Positions 50,674 to 62,125 of a DNA stretch of 64,000 nucleotides are shown one piece after another (the stretch's first letter is position 1; the number at the start of each line of letters is the position of its first letter). The position numbers and the translations under genes were made by a program. Where the stretch lies: positions 1 through 64,000 of the forward strand of contig VJWM01000221.1 in NCBI GenBank assembly GCA_010909165.1, in the 5' to 3' direction. The notes under the pieces are model-generated. The model saw nothing but the letters and a program-made list of their open reading frames with translations, did not search any database and was not told where the DNA came from. The DNA is from Anthoceros angustus (Eukaryota; Plantae; Anthocerotophyta).

Positions 50674-53161
50674 ATGAGGCGCTCCCAGCGGAGATTGCCG
50701 GACGAGTGGGCCGTGAAGTTGCGTGAATTGGAGGTGAGAACCCCGCTCCTGTTCCGTAGCAAGGCCGGCGCCCGGGTGGTGGAATCCTCAGCGGCTGCTG
50801 CCGCGGCTGTCCCAGGCCCGTTTCCGGCCGGAGGCAAGGAGTGCGTCCGCGTCTCGTTCCCTCTCCGGTTCGCGTTCGGGTGCGGCGTGGGCGACGGAGA
50901 TGCGCACGGGCTGGTGCTCCGCCTTGCAAACCTCAAGGTTGGCGCGGATTTGGACAGGAAAGGAGAATGCGCAGCGGGCGGGCTCTTGGGCGGGAAAGCG
51001 GCCAAGGCGGCCGCGGTCGCGGATGCCGCCGGGGTACTCCTCCTGGCTCAGGCCTTCTGCGGGCCCGCGGCGGGAATCGCCATGGCGTGCATGGCGTTGG
51101 TAGGGATGGCCCGGGCTGTTCTCAGGCAGGTCGTGAATGGCAGCAGTGGCAGGGGAGGTGGTGGAGGAGGAGGAGGGTTGTGTGGGAGAGCGGAGGAGTT
51201 CTCTGCTGCAGCCGGGGTGCTGTCCATCGCCATCCCGCTGCTGAAATGGCGGAAGCCGGAGCTCTACCGGAAGGCGAGGTGCGTGGGAGCAGCCATCCCG
51301 CTCGCCGCGGGCTACGCGCGGACGGCCGCGGAGGTGCGGTGCGCCTCCCGGCGGGGAGGCGAAATGGAGGTTGCGCCACCGCTGGGCTGCGAGGCGGGTG
51401 TGCCATCTCCTGGAGGATTTGCAGGAGCCGTCCGCGCTGGGTTGGGTGCGGGAGGTCGCGGAGGCGGGGTCGCGGGTGACCGTCCGTGGGGCGTGGGTTG
51501 CGACCGCCCGCCCCGGCGACCGGTCGTGGCTCACTTTCTCCTTCCCGCTTCCGCTCGCGCGAGCGCTCGGGCGGCGGGAGCGCGGCGGCCTGGTGGAGGA
51601 GAAGCAGATGATCGTGACGGTGGAAGGCAAGGCGGAGAAGGCGTTCTTGGACGGGGAGCCGCCGGCGGAGTTTGAGAGGTATCAGTATCTGGCGCAGCTG
51701 GAGGAGGAGGAGGAGCGGAGTGTGGAGGGATTTGGAGGAAGAGCGGGTGTGAGGTCCGAGAGCTACCTGAGCGAGCTTGGGGTTAGTCCCGGGGGGTGGA
51801 AGGGATGGGAGCAGCGGGTGTCGTTGTTTCTGCGAGCTTGCTGGCTGGCTGTAGTGTTTTTGCCGCTGCTTTTGCTCGCTCCTTTGGTGTATTTGTTGTC
51901 GGAGATCTTCATCGGGGCGTGGAGAGTGCGGATCAGGCGGCTGGTGTGGTGGATGGTGCGGGTTTGCCTTGAGCGGGGAGGTGCGGCGTTTATCAAATGG
52001 GGACAGTGGTCGGCTACCAGGGAGGATCTGTTTCCGGAGGATTTGTGTGTGGAGTTAGGGCGGCTTCATGATCGGGCTCCGGAGCACAGTTATCGGGAGA
52101 CGAGGCATGTGGTGCAGCGGTATCTTGGACGGCCGATAGAGGAGATTTTTGAGGAGTTTCCGTGCAAGCCTTGTGCGTCTGGGAGTATTGCTCAGGTTTA
52201 CAAGGCGAAGTTGAGGAATGAGAAGGACGGGAGTGTGACGGATGTGGCTGTTAAGGTGCGGCATCCCGCCGTGGGGATCAGGATTCATCAGGATTTTCAG
52301 ATCATGTCAGGGATGGCGGATGTTGCGCAGAGGTTGCCTGGACTGCGGTGGCTGAACCTGCGGCAGAGTGTGGAGCAGTTTTCGCATACCCTTACCGCGC
52401 AGGCGGATCTACGAGTGGAGGCTGAGAATTTGGAGCAGTTCAACAAGCATTTTAGTGAGCTGCAGGCGTCTGTGGCGTGGCCGAAGCTGGTGCCGGGGCT
52501 GGTGTCGGAGGGAGTTATTGTGGAGTCGTTCGAGAGAGGGCAGGCTTTGCATGTGTTTCTCGGGCACCGCGGCCGGTCTATGCTTAACACGCAGATTGCG
52601 GCTATTGGAGTGGACACGTATTTGAAGATGATGCTTGTGGACAATTTTGTGCACACAGATCTGCACCCTGGGAACATTCTTGCGCGTATAGCGGACGACG
52701 GAGGGGTTCAAGAGAGGCTCCAGCTTGTGCTGCTTGACTGTGGATTGGCTGAGAAGCTGCCGCCCCGGGTCAGGTATCACTTCATTTCGTTTATTATAAT
52801 GATCGGTGCCGGCGATGGGGAGCGTGCGGCACACCACCTGCTCAGATTCTCGTGGCCTTACGAGCAGAGGTGCAAGAACCCGCAGCTGTTGACAGAAGAT
52901 ATGAAGGAGCTCTTCGCAGCTGACTGTAATCTACGAGAAAGGCCTATTGACCTGAATGACGTTCTGAAGAAAGTATTGCAGCTATGTCAAAAGCACGAGG
53001 TTACCATCGATAGTTCTTACGCAACTCTGGTGGTGGGAGTGTGTGTGCTGGTGGCCTTCGCTCGCAGCCTGGATCCAGACATGTCCATCATGGACGCTGC
53101 CGTTCCTTGCTTGTTTCTCTACAACCTTACAGGCCAGGTCATGGGCAGGATCTATGGGTAG
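50674..53161 (+). CDS. ABC1/UbiB atypical kinase, ADCK2/ABC1K10-like, intronless; 5' part 50674-51370 joins via a 1-nt frameshift
   Basis: ORF 51371-53161 contains FIKWGQWSATREDLFP, ASGSIAQVYKA, VAVKVRHP, DLRVEAENL, FVHTDLHPGNIL and LLDCG. Removing one A at 51362-51364 fuses the upstream ORF, giving ~828 aa. Confidence 0.88.
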
Positions 53162-53479
53162 ATGGGAGTTGTCAAGTGATGCGTTCCGTGGCCGTTTGGT
53201 TTCTCCTGGCAGACTTCAATAGTTCTGACTGACAAAAAAGTGTAAACAAATCCTCACTAGTGTACAATAGTAAGCTTGCGTGTCCAGGCCGGAAGCATTC
53301 GCGGAGTATCATGCTTGTGGGCCTTTGTCCTTTGCGCTGTTGCGTATTGTCGGCATGTTGTCTTCCACACTGCGACACGTTCTAGTTTCTAAGTTCCACA
53401 CAAGGACCTCTGAATTGATTCTCGTTCCAGGGGAGTGTGTTGATCAACACAAACCCGCACATTTTTCACAGTGACAATT

Positions 53480-55180
53480 GGTCTATACATACGTAGTTTG
53501 GGCATCAGCAAAACCAAGCATCCCAGAGACTCACTTGAACCCACCACCCTGGCCATGCAGGGTCCACGAAAGCTGTGCACCAGTCCGTCCATGTCTGTTC
53601 ACCAGCTCTGACCCGGCTGCTTCCATGCCCTGATGCTTCTTCTCCTTGCCTGCATCTCCTTTGCCTGCTCCCAAATATTGGCACCCTTGTATACGTTTGA
53701 CATCAACACATTGTGCAGCATACGTTTGCATTTGGCCAGCACAGCCCAGGAGATCCACCATACATGTGTGGTGCTCAACCGTGGGAGCGATGCCATAATC
53801 CCTGCTCATATCCTCAAAGTCTGTCGCACCTTGTGGACGAGACCCGCATGATTGCATGCTGTTAGCACACAAAGAACTGCGATGCCCACTGGCTGTATGC
53901 CATCTCTGCTCATACTCTGGACCAAATCGAAGACCACTTCAGTGTCCTTAACAAGTGTAGCCAGCAATCAATGCACTCCAGGCTACAACATCTCTTTGGG
54001 GTAACGCTTCAAATACCTGCTGTGCATCAACCATGCTCCCGGCCTTCCCGTTCATGTTCATCAAACTGCCGGCCACAAGCACATCACATTCAAGCCCTCG
54101 TTCTTGAACCTTTACATGGAGCTGCCTTCCCAAATGCAAACCTGCCACGTTTGCACATGCCTGCAGAAGGTACACAAGTGTCACGCCATCAAGCACAGCA
54201 CAGCATTCTTCTTGCATAACCCATAATTGCAAAGGGCTTCCTGGCCCATGCCCTGCTGGGCATAGCCAGCAATCGGAGCATGTCACTACTTCTTTTCGAC
54301 CAAGACCACCAAACAGCTTTTGAGCAGCTTCCAAGCTACCACACTTTTCATTCATGTTCACCAAGCTCTTGGCTACAAACAAGTCAGCCTGAAGCACTCT
54401 TTCTCTGATTGTGCATAAAGCTGTTTCCCCTTCTCAAATGCCGGAGTGACCACAGTTGCACATGCCTATAGGACGCATTTATACGTCACAGAGTCAGGTA
54501 CAGCGATGCCTCCTTCCTGCAATATCCAGTGGAGGGCTGTTCACCAAACTGCTGGCTACGAATACATCATGTAGATGCCCTGGTTCTCTAATTTGGTGAT
54601 TGAAGCTGCTTCCCTGCACACTCTAAGGGGAGCGTGCCCACACCTGCGCATGCCTGCAGAAGGGACACAGATGCAACTGAGTCGGGTACAGCTATGCCTC
54701 CCTCTTTCATCGCACTGTACAGATGGAGGGCTTCGTGCCCCATGCCCTGCTGGGAATATTCCCTGCAGTAACAGCAGCCATGTAACCATGTCTTTTTGAC
54801 CAAGTCTGTCAAACACTCCTTGAGCATCTTCCAAGGTGCCACACTTCGAATAAATGTTCACCAAGCTGTTGGCTACAAATACATCAGCTTGATGTCCTTG
54901 TTTCCTTAACTCCGTCAGAAGCTCCTTCTGTGTCCCCAGAGCAGGGGTGCCCATTGTTGCACAGTCCTGAAAGAGACACAGAAACGTCACAGAGTTGGCT
55001 ACAGCCATCCCTTCTTCTTGCATAGCCTTGCGCACACCAAGAGCTTCCTGTCCCATGCCCTGCTGGGAACCCCCTGCAGTCCGAGCAGTCCACGTCACCG
55101 CATCTTTCTCACCAAGTTCGCTAATGGCGTTCGCTTCCAGCCAGACATTGTCTTGAACAAGCTAGTGGGAACTCATCCCA
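53480..55180 (-). pseudogene. PLS-class PPR pseudogene, inverted paralog of the adjacent PPR gene
   Basis: Fragmented ORFs: VANSVTFLCLFQDCATMGTPAL, LVNIYSKCG, EHHTCMVDLLG, KQPGQSW; multiple frameshifts and deletions. Confidence 0.85.
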
Positions 55181-55694
55181 GAGACTCACTTGAACCCACC
55201 ACCCTGGCCATGCAGGGTCCACGAAAGCTGCCCACACAACGGATCCTGCTGCGCTTCACCCATGGTGATAGTGGACTTCCATTCGCACTTGTGTTGAACA
55301 CTAAAGTTGATCACCTCCATTTTCAGAGCAGCAAGCTGCGCATCCGACGATTGGCTCACTGTTCTTAATTTTTTGCCTGGTATCCTGGGCATCAAAGTGC
55401 GGGTCTGTGAAACTCAAATTGTGGTCGCCTCCAGCTATGCAGAGTGCAGACATCGTATGACACGGGCCGATTTTGCTGCAAATGTGTTGCCTCCAGAGAC
55501 TCGGCTCTGGAGGCAGCATTACTGTTCGTTTGGACAAGCATGCTGTTGGGCCACCACCTCAGCGAATTCCATTCAAGTCCTGCTGCTAGTCCTCTTGCTT
55601 GGCGATGGCACATCCGTATCCTGTTTCAGATTGACCTGCAGGTTGGACCGAGGTCCAGCTCTCGCACAAGCACATCGTATCCCAGGCACAGGAC

Positions 55695-58600
55695 GTGCCC
55701 CTGCAAGCCATGGTTGGAATCGAGTCAGGCATTGGGCAACAGGAGCCTCTGTGGAGGCCGTGCTCGTCGACCCAACAAGGCGGTGTGTCAATCCGTATTG
55801 TGGGAAGAGTTCCCGCTCGCTTGACTTCAAGGAATCAAGCTTTCGCAAGCAAACAATTCCGCAGGTGCAGCACATTGGGAGAAAAGCCAGCTTGTCCAGG
55901 AGGATGTCTGGCTTGGGACACATCTTCTAGGGAGGGTCGTCGCCAGGAGATCCTGGGGCGACATTCTTCTCGGATTCGTACTCTGTGGTGGGTTGGCAGG
56001 GGAAATTGCAATGGCCTCCGTTGGCCTGCCTTCCACTGCCTACAGTCCCAGCAGCTCCTCTTCCTGAACAGCTTTGGCAAACCGGTTTGGGTGGAGGCCC
56101 GGCTTGCTGCTCTGCATATGGAAATGGGCCGTGGTGCATCCGACTGGAGGTTGACGGACGGTCGTGGTCCTAGCGGGCCTGCAGGATACGATCTGAGCGT
56201 GACGGCTGAAACCGTGGGCATGCTATGTCATCAGGGACATGTCAGTGAGGCTGTCGAAGCTGTGGGAGTTCTGGTGCAGGCAGGGTATGGTCCTCCCCCA
56301 TCACTCTTTTATGCTGTCCTGAAGAAATGTGCAGGGAAAAAAGATATTGTCCTGGGTCGTCGCGTTCATGCTTTCACAGTGAAGGAGGGGTACGAATCAG
56401 ATACATTCCTGGGCTTTCACATCCTGCGGATGTATGCTTCTCATGGCAGGTTGCAAGATGCTATGGATGTGTTTGAATTGGTTGCGAATCCAGATGCCTT
56501 TACGTGGTCTGCCATAATTGCTGCGCATGTTAATCACGGAGAAGACAAGCAGGCCATACACCTGTATCAGCGGCTGCGCAGGTCAAGTGTGAAGCCAGAT
56601 GGGCATGTCTTTGTGGCAGCACTTCAGGCTTGTGCAAGGGGGTTGGACTTAAAGGCAGGGCAGCAGGTGCATGCTGATTTGTTGGCCAGTGGGGTTGAGC
56701 CTGATTTGTTTGTCAGTAATTGCTTGGTGAGCATGTACGCAAAGTGTGGCAGCTTAGAAGAAGGTCGGAGAGTGTTTGATGGACTTGGTCGAAAGGATGT
56801 GGTGACATGGAATGCCATCATTGCAGGATATTCCCAGCAGGGAATGGGTCAGGAAGCCCTTCGTCTCTATACCGTTATGCAAGGAACAGGCATGGCTGTA
56901 CCCAATTCCGTGACATTTGTGTGTCTCCTGCAGGCATGTGCAAGCGTGGGCACGCCAGCTTTGGAGAAGGGAAAGCAGCTTCATGCACAAGTACGAAACT
57001 TGGGACTTCAGGCTGACGTGTTTGTAGCCAACAGTTTGGTAAGCATGTATGCAAAGTGTGGCAGCCTACAAGACGCTCAGCGAGTGTTTGGCAGTCTTGC
57101 TGAGAAAGATGTGGTAACGTGGACTGCTCTCATTTCAGGGTATTCCCAGCGTGGCATGGGGCAAGAAGCCCTTCGTCTCTATTCTGTTATGCAAGAAGAA
57201 GGCATTGCTGTCCCCAATTCCGTGACATTTGTATGCCTGCTGCAGGCATGTGCAAGTGTGGGCACCCCAGCTTTGGAGATGGGGAAGCAGCTGCATGCGC
57301 AAATATCTGAAAGGGGACATCAAGCTGATGTGTTTGTAGCCAGCACGTTGGTGAACATGTATGCCAAATGTGGCAGCATGGAAGATGCTCAGCAAGTGTT
57401 TGACGGACTTGGTCAGAAAGAGGTGGTAACTTGGACTGCCCTAATTGCTGGATATGCCCAGCAGGGCATGGGGCAGGAAGCTCTTCGTCTCTACAGTGCA
57501 ATGCAAGGAGAAGGCGTCACTGTACCGAACACCGTGACATTTGTGTCCCTCCTGCACGCATGTGCAAGTGTGGGCAATCCAGCTTTGGAGATGGGGAAGC
57601 AGCTTCATACAAAAATTCGACAGCAAGGACATGAAGCTGATGGGTATGTAGCCAACAGTTTGGTGAACATGTACGCAAAGTGTGGCAGCTTGGGAGACGC
57701 GCAGCAAGTGTTTGACAGACTTTCTGAAAAGGATGTGGTAACTTGGACTTCTCTCATTTCAGGGTATTCCCAGCGTGGCATGGGACAGGAAGCCCTTCAT
57801 CTCTACTCTGTTATGCAAGAAGAAGGCATTGCTGTCCCCAATTCTGTGACGTTTGTATCCCTCTTGCAGGCATGTGCAAGTGTGGGCACCCCAGCTTTGG
57901 AGATGGGAAAGCAGCTTCACACCAAGATCAAAGAACGAGGAGATGAAGCTGATGTATTTGTAGGTAGCAGTTTAGTCAATATGTATGCAAAGTGTGGCAG
58001 CTTGAAAGCCGCTCAGAGTGTGTTTGATGGACTTGATCGAAAAGATGTGGTGTCATGGACTGCGCTTATTGCTGGATATTCCCAGCACAGCATGGGCCAA
58101 GAAGCTCTTCATCTCTTCAATGTTATGCAAGAAGAAGGCATAGCTGTACCTAATTCCGTTACATTTGTGTGCCTCCTGCAGGCATGTGCGACTGTGGGCA
58201 CCCGATCTCTGGCGATGGGGAAGCAGCTTCATATGCAGATCAGAGAACGAGGATATCAAGCTGATGTGGTTGTGGCCAACAGTTTGGTGAACATGTATGC
58301 AAAGTGTGGTAGCTTGGAGGATGCTCATGGAGTGTTTGCTGCACTTGCTGAAAAAGATGTGGTCACGTGGAATGCCATGATAGCAGGATATTCCCAGCAA
58401 GGCATGGGGCATGAAGCTCTTCTTCTCTACAGTGCTATGCATGAAGAAGGCACTGCTGTACCCAATTCCGTGACATTTGTGTGCCTCCTCCAGGCATGTG
58501 CAAGTGTGGGGACCCCGGCTTTGGAGACAGGGAAGGAGCTTCATGCCCAGATAAGAGCACAAGGACATGAACCTGATGCGTTGGTAGGCAACAGTTTGGT

Positions 58601-60203
58601 GAACATGTATGCAAAGTGTAGCAGCGTGGTTGATGCTCAAAATGTTTTCGATGGGCTTGTCCTAAAGGATGTGGCATCATGGAATGCGATGATAGCAGCA
58701 TATTACAAGCAGGGAATGGGGAAGGAGGCCCTTCGTCTCTACAGTCTCATGCAAGAAGAAGGCATCACTGTACCCGATGCAGTGACATTTGTCTGTCTCC
58801 TGCAGGCGTGCGCAACTGTGGGTCCCCCGGCTTTGGAGAAGGGGAAGCAGCTTTATGCAGAAATTAAAAAAGGAGGACATCAAGCTGATAGGTTTGTAGC
58901 GAACAGTTTGGTGAACATGTTTGCAAAGTGTGGCAGCTTAGGAGACGCTCAAAGGGTGTTCGATGGGCTTGCTGAAAAGGATGTTGTCACCTGGAACGCC
59001 ATGATAGCAGGATACTCACAGCAGGGCATGGGGCATGAGGCCCTTCTTGTGTACAGTGCCATGCAAGAAGAAGGTATCGCAGTACCTGATTCCCTGACAT
59101 CTGTGTTCCTCCTACAGGCGTGTGCAAGCATGGGCACTCTGGGCCTGGAGAAGGGGAAGCAGCTTCACATGCAGATTAGAGAACAAGGTCATCAGGCTCA
59201 TGTATTTGTAGCCAGCAGTTTGGTGAACATGTATGCAAAATGTGGCAGCTTGGAAGATGGCCAGAGCGTGTTTGATGGACTTGGCCAAAAAGATGTGGTG
59301 ACTTGGAACGCCATGATAGCAGGATATTCCCGGCAGGGTATGGGGCAGGAAGCTCTTCGTCTTTACAGTGCTATGCAAGAAGAAGGCATTACTGTGCCCA
59401 ATTCTGTGACATTTGTGTCCGTCCTGCAGGCTTGTGCGAATGTGGCAGCTTTGCTGCTGGGAAGGCAGCTACATGCACAGATTGAACAGCAAGGGCTTCA
59501 AGGTGATCTCCTTGTAGGCATCAGCTTGATCAACATGTACGGAAAGTCCGGGAGCATGGTTGATGCACAGGAGGTGTTTGATGCGTTGCCAGAAAGAGAT
59601 GTGGTCGCCTGGAATGCACTGATTGCAGGCTACACCTGCCAAGGAGACAGTGATGTGGTGTTGGGCTTGCTCAGGCGAATGCAAGTTCAGGATGGCATAC
59701 AGCCAGTGGGCATCACATTCCTCAGTGTACTGACAGTATGCAGTCATGCAGGTCTTGTGGATGAGGGACGAGAATACTTCAAGAGCATGAGCAAACACTA
59801 TGGCATCACTCCTGCCGCAGAGCACTACACATGCATGGTGGATCTCTTAGGCCGCGCCGGCTGTGTAAAAGAGGCATTAGCTCTAGCAATGACAATGCCT
59901 GTGCCACCTGGTGCTGCCGTTTGGCACACACTGCTGGGGGCCTGTCGGAAGTGGGGCAACTTGGAGGTGGGCCACCATGCATTCAAACAAGCATTGATGG
60001 TAGACGAAAACGATGCTGCAGCTTATCTCTTGATGTCGAACATATACACAGGAGCCGAGATGTGGGAGCAGGCACGTAAGCTGCAGGCGGGGAGAACTGG
60101 AATCAGGTCACTCAAGCAGCCGGGCCAGAGCTGGTGGACAGACATGTACGGACTGGTGCATAGCTTCTTGGTTGGTGCTGACTGGCATTCCCAGTGTCAG
60201 TAA
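55695..60203 (+). CDS. PLS-class PPR protein, ~35 motifs + E1/E2 + WW-type PG box, no DYW domain (organellar RNA editing factor); true start uncertain
   Basis: Single 1502-aa ORF with ~11 L-S-P triplets of ~104 aa, then P2-L2-S2, AVWHTLLGAC, AAAYLLMSNIY and KQPGQSWWTD, and a stop before any HxE/CxxC motif. Confidence 0.93.
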   Translation: MPLQAMVGIESGIGQQEPLWRPCSSTQQGGVSIRIVGRVPARLTSRNQAFASKQFRRCSTLGEKPACPGGCLAWDTSSREGRRQEILGRHSSRIRTLWWVGRGNCNGLRWPAFHCLQSQQLLFLNSFGKPVWVEARLAALHMEMGRGASDWRLTDGRGPSGPAGYDLSVTAETVGMLCHQGHVSEAVEAVGVLVQAGYGPPPSLFYAVLKKCAGKKDIVLGRRVHAFTVKEGYESDTFLGFHILRMYASHGRLQDAMDVFELVANPDAFTWSAIIAAHVNHGEDKQAIHLYQRLRRSSVKPDGHVFVAALQACARGLDLKAGQQVHADLLASGVEPDLFVSNCLVSMYAKCGSLEEGRRVFDGLGRKDVVTWNAIIAGYSQQGMGQEALRLYTVMQGTGMAVPNSVTFVCLLQACASVGTPALEKGKQLHAQVRNLGLQADVFVANSLVSMYAKCGSLQDAQRVFGSLAEKDVVTWTALISGYSQRGMGQEALRLYSVMQEEGIAVPNSVTFVCLLQACASVGTPALEMGKQLHAQISERGHQADVFVASTLVNMYAKCGSMEDAQQVFDGLGQKEVVTWTALIAGYAQQGMGQEALRLYSAMQGEGVTVPNTVTFVSLLHACASVGNPALEMGKQLHTKIRQQGHEADGYVANSLVNMYAKCGSLGDAQQVFDRLSEKDVVTWTSLISGYSQRGMGQEALHLYSVMQEEGIAVPNSVTFVSLLQACASVGTPALEMGKQLHTKIKERGDEADVFVGSSLVNMYAKCGSLKAAQSVFDGLDRKDVVSWTALIAGYSQHSMGQEALHLFNVMQEEGIAVPNSVTFVCLLQACATVGTRSLAMGKQLHMQIRERGYQADVVVANSLVNMYAKCGSLEDAHGVFAALAEKDVVTWNAMIAGYSQQGMGHEALLLYSAMHEEGTAVPNSVTFVCLLQACASVGTPALETGKELHAQIRAQGHEPDALVGNSLVNMYAKCSSVVDAQNVFDGLVLKDVASWNAMIAAYYKQGMGKEALRLYSLMQEEGITVPDAVTFVCLLQACATVGPPALEKGKQLYAEIKKGGHQADRFVANSLVNMFAKCGSLGDAQRVFDGLAEKDVVTWNAMIAGYSQQGMGHEALLVYSAMQEEGIAVPDSLTSVFLLQACASMGTLGLEKGKQLHMQIREQGHQAHVFVASSLVNMYAKCGSLEDGQSVFDGLGQKDVVTWNAMIAGYSRQGMGQEALRLYSAMQEEGITVPNSVTFVSVLQACANVAALLLGRQLHAQIEQQGLQGDLLVGISLINMYGKSGSMVDAQEVFDALPERDVVAWNALIAGYTCQGDSDVVLGLLRRMQVQDGIQPVGITFLSVLTVCSHAGLVDEGREYFKSMSKHYGITPAAEHYTCMVDLLGRAGCVKEALALAMTMPVPPGAAVWHTLLGACRKWGNLEVGHHAFKQALMVDENDAAAYLLMSNIYTGAEMWEQARKLQAGRTGIRSLKQPGQSWWTDMYGLVHSFLVGADWHSQCQ

Positions 60204-60354
60204 GGCTGAAACAGGTTTAGGGAACAAGGCCGATCGAAGAAGAGAACCACAACCATCTGAGCAGAACACATTATCAGATGATCTTATCTGAACTGTTTAC
60301 AGGAAGGCAGCTGACATGTCCTTCATGAAAGCACAAATTCGTCACTTCTCAAGC

Positions 60355-60830
60355 AATGACTCTTGGCCCTCCTCTTTTCTCTTGTGACTGTTGGCCCCTC
60401 TTTGTTTGTTTTGTGACTCTTGGCCCTTCTCTTTTCCCTTGCGACTCTTGGCCCTTCCCTTTTCCCTTGCGACTCTTGGCCCTGTTCGTTTCTCTTATGA
60501 CTCTTACCCCTTCTCTTTGACCTTGTGACTCTTGGCCCTGCTCGTTTCTCTTGTGACTCTTGCCCTTCTCTTTTCTCTTGTGACTCTTGCCCTTCTCTTT
60601 TCTCTTGTGACTCTTGCCCTTCTCTTTTCTCTTGTGACTCTTGGCCCTTCTTTTTTTTTCTTGTGACTCTTGGCCCTTCTCTTTTCTCTTGCGACTCTTG
60701 GCCCTGATCTCTTGGCCCCTCTTTTTTTATTTGTGACTCTTGGCCCTTTTCTTTTCTCTTGCGACTCTTGGCTCTGATCCTTTCTCTTCTAACTCTTTGC
60801 CCTTCTCTCGTTTCTCTTGTGACTCTTGGC
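60355..60830. repeat. 27-28 bp minisatellite (ttgtgactcttggcccttctcttttctc)n
   Basis: About 15 imperfect units visible. Confidence 0.9.
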
Positions 60831-61049
60831 CCTCAATGCTGATCTTCATCCAACAATCTTAAGCTAGGAGTCAACTTGGACTCTCAACTCTTTCATGAAG
60901 CCTCATCCTCGAATTAACTCTTGCCCTTCTCTCGTTTCTCTTGTGACTCTTGGCCCTCAATGCTGATCTTCATCCAACAATCTTAAGCTAGGAGTCAACT
61001 TGGACTCTCAACTCTTTCATGAAGCCTCATCCTCGAATTAACTCTTTGC
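60791..61049. repeat. ~124-bp tandem duplication
   Basis: Unit starts at 60791, 60916 and 61040. Confidence 0.9.
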
Positions 61050-61422
61050 TAAATTTGTAAGAGCTAGATTTGCAATGTGGCATATTGGCACCTCAAATTG
61101 ACTAACATGGACTACTTAATGCGTATGTATCTTATAAGTTTCTTCCTTTCCATTTTGTGAGGCTTTGGTAATACCTGTAATCAAATAAAAAGGTAATCCT
61201 ACTTCACTTGTTTTTAGTGAGAAACTGATAATCTAATCCGTAACATGAGAAGTGAAGTAGGATTACATACTTCGCTTCTCACATTACCGAATAGTTGATC
61301 CGTTATTTTTGGAGTATACTTCCTGAAATCATAAAATAATTTTGAGAGATGATTTGAACATTATTCTTGTATGAAATATGCTAAATACATTCTTAACCTG
61401 ACCCCGGACCTTAGGGATCACG

Positions 61423-61880
61423 GTGAAAAAGAGCGACTAAAAAGAGCGACTAAGCTTCTTAACTAAAGGTACTTCTTAACTAAAGTTTCCTACAAGAGCG
61501 ACTAAGCTTCTTAACTGAAGGTACTTCTTAACTAAAGTTACCTACAAGAGCGATTAAGCTTCTTAACTAAAGGTCTTTCTTAACTAAAGTTACCTATGCT
61601 CCTAGAACATCATATGCCCCCATTGTGAAAAAAGCGACTAAAAAGAGCGACTAAGCTTCTTAACTAAAGGTACTTCTTAACTAAAGTTTCCTACAAGAGC
61701 GACTAAGCTTCTTAACTGAAGGTACTTCTTAACTAAAGTTACCTACAAGAGCGATTAAGCTTCTTAACTAAAGGTCTTTCTTAACTAAAGTTACCTATGC
61801 TCCTAGAACATCATATGCCCCCATTGTGAAAAAGAGCGACTAAACTTCTTACCTAAAGTTACCTACTGCTGCTAGAACAT
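61423..61880. repeat. Hierarchical tandem repeat (~16 bp within 52 bp within ~201 bp)
   Basis: gtgaaaaa(g)agcgactaa at 61423, 61625 and 61826; aagagcgactaagc at 61442 and 61494; cttcttaactaaag twice per 52-mer. Confidence 0.9.
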
Positions 61881-61954
61881 CATACGCAGGAAGAACAAAT
61901 GGCCTGCAAACTACGGAGGAAGAGGCTACGGAAGAAGAGGACAAAGTGTCACTT

Positions 61955-62125
61955 GCTGTCACCGCCTTGTGAAGATTGCCATCGAGAGGGCCCTTAGAAG
62001 GGCAAGGGAGACCACCGCCTTGTGAAGATTGCCATGTGAAGATTGCCATGGAGAGGGCCCTTAGAATAGAGATCACCGCCTTGTGAAGATTGCATCCATA
62101 GGGCCCTTAGAAGGGCAATGGAGAC
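61955..62125. repeat. Short imperfect repeats ccgccttgtgaagattgc / gggcccttagaa
   Basis: Three to four copies of each motif. Confidence 0.75.

Noticed and set aside
50499-51630. GC-rich overlapping ORFs around the ABC1K 5' region
   Set aside because: Expected by chance in GC-rich DNA; no domain signal.
55307-55930. 207-aa ORF upstream of the PPR
   Set aside because: No motifs; lies between divergent PPR 5' ends and overlaps rearranged sequence.
60203-60360. Frameshifted DYW domain after the PPR stop
   Set aside because: No HSE/HAE, CxxC or DYW-like motif in any plus frame.
60355-61880. CRISPR-like arrays
   Set aside because: Tandem repeats without unique spacers, in eukaryotic context, with no cas genes.
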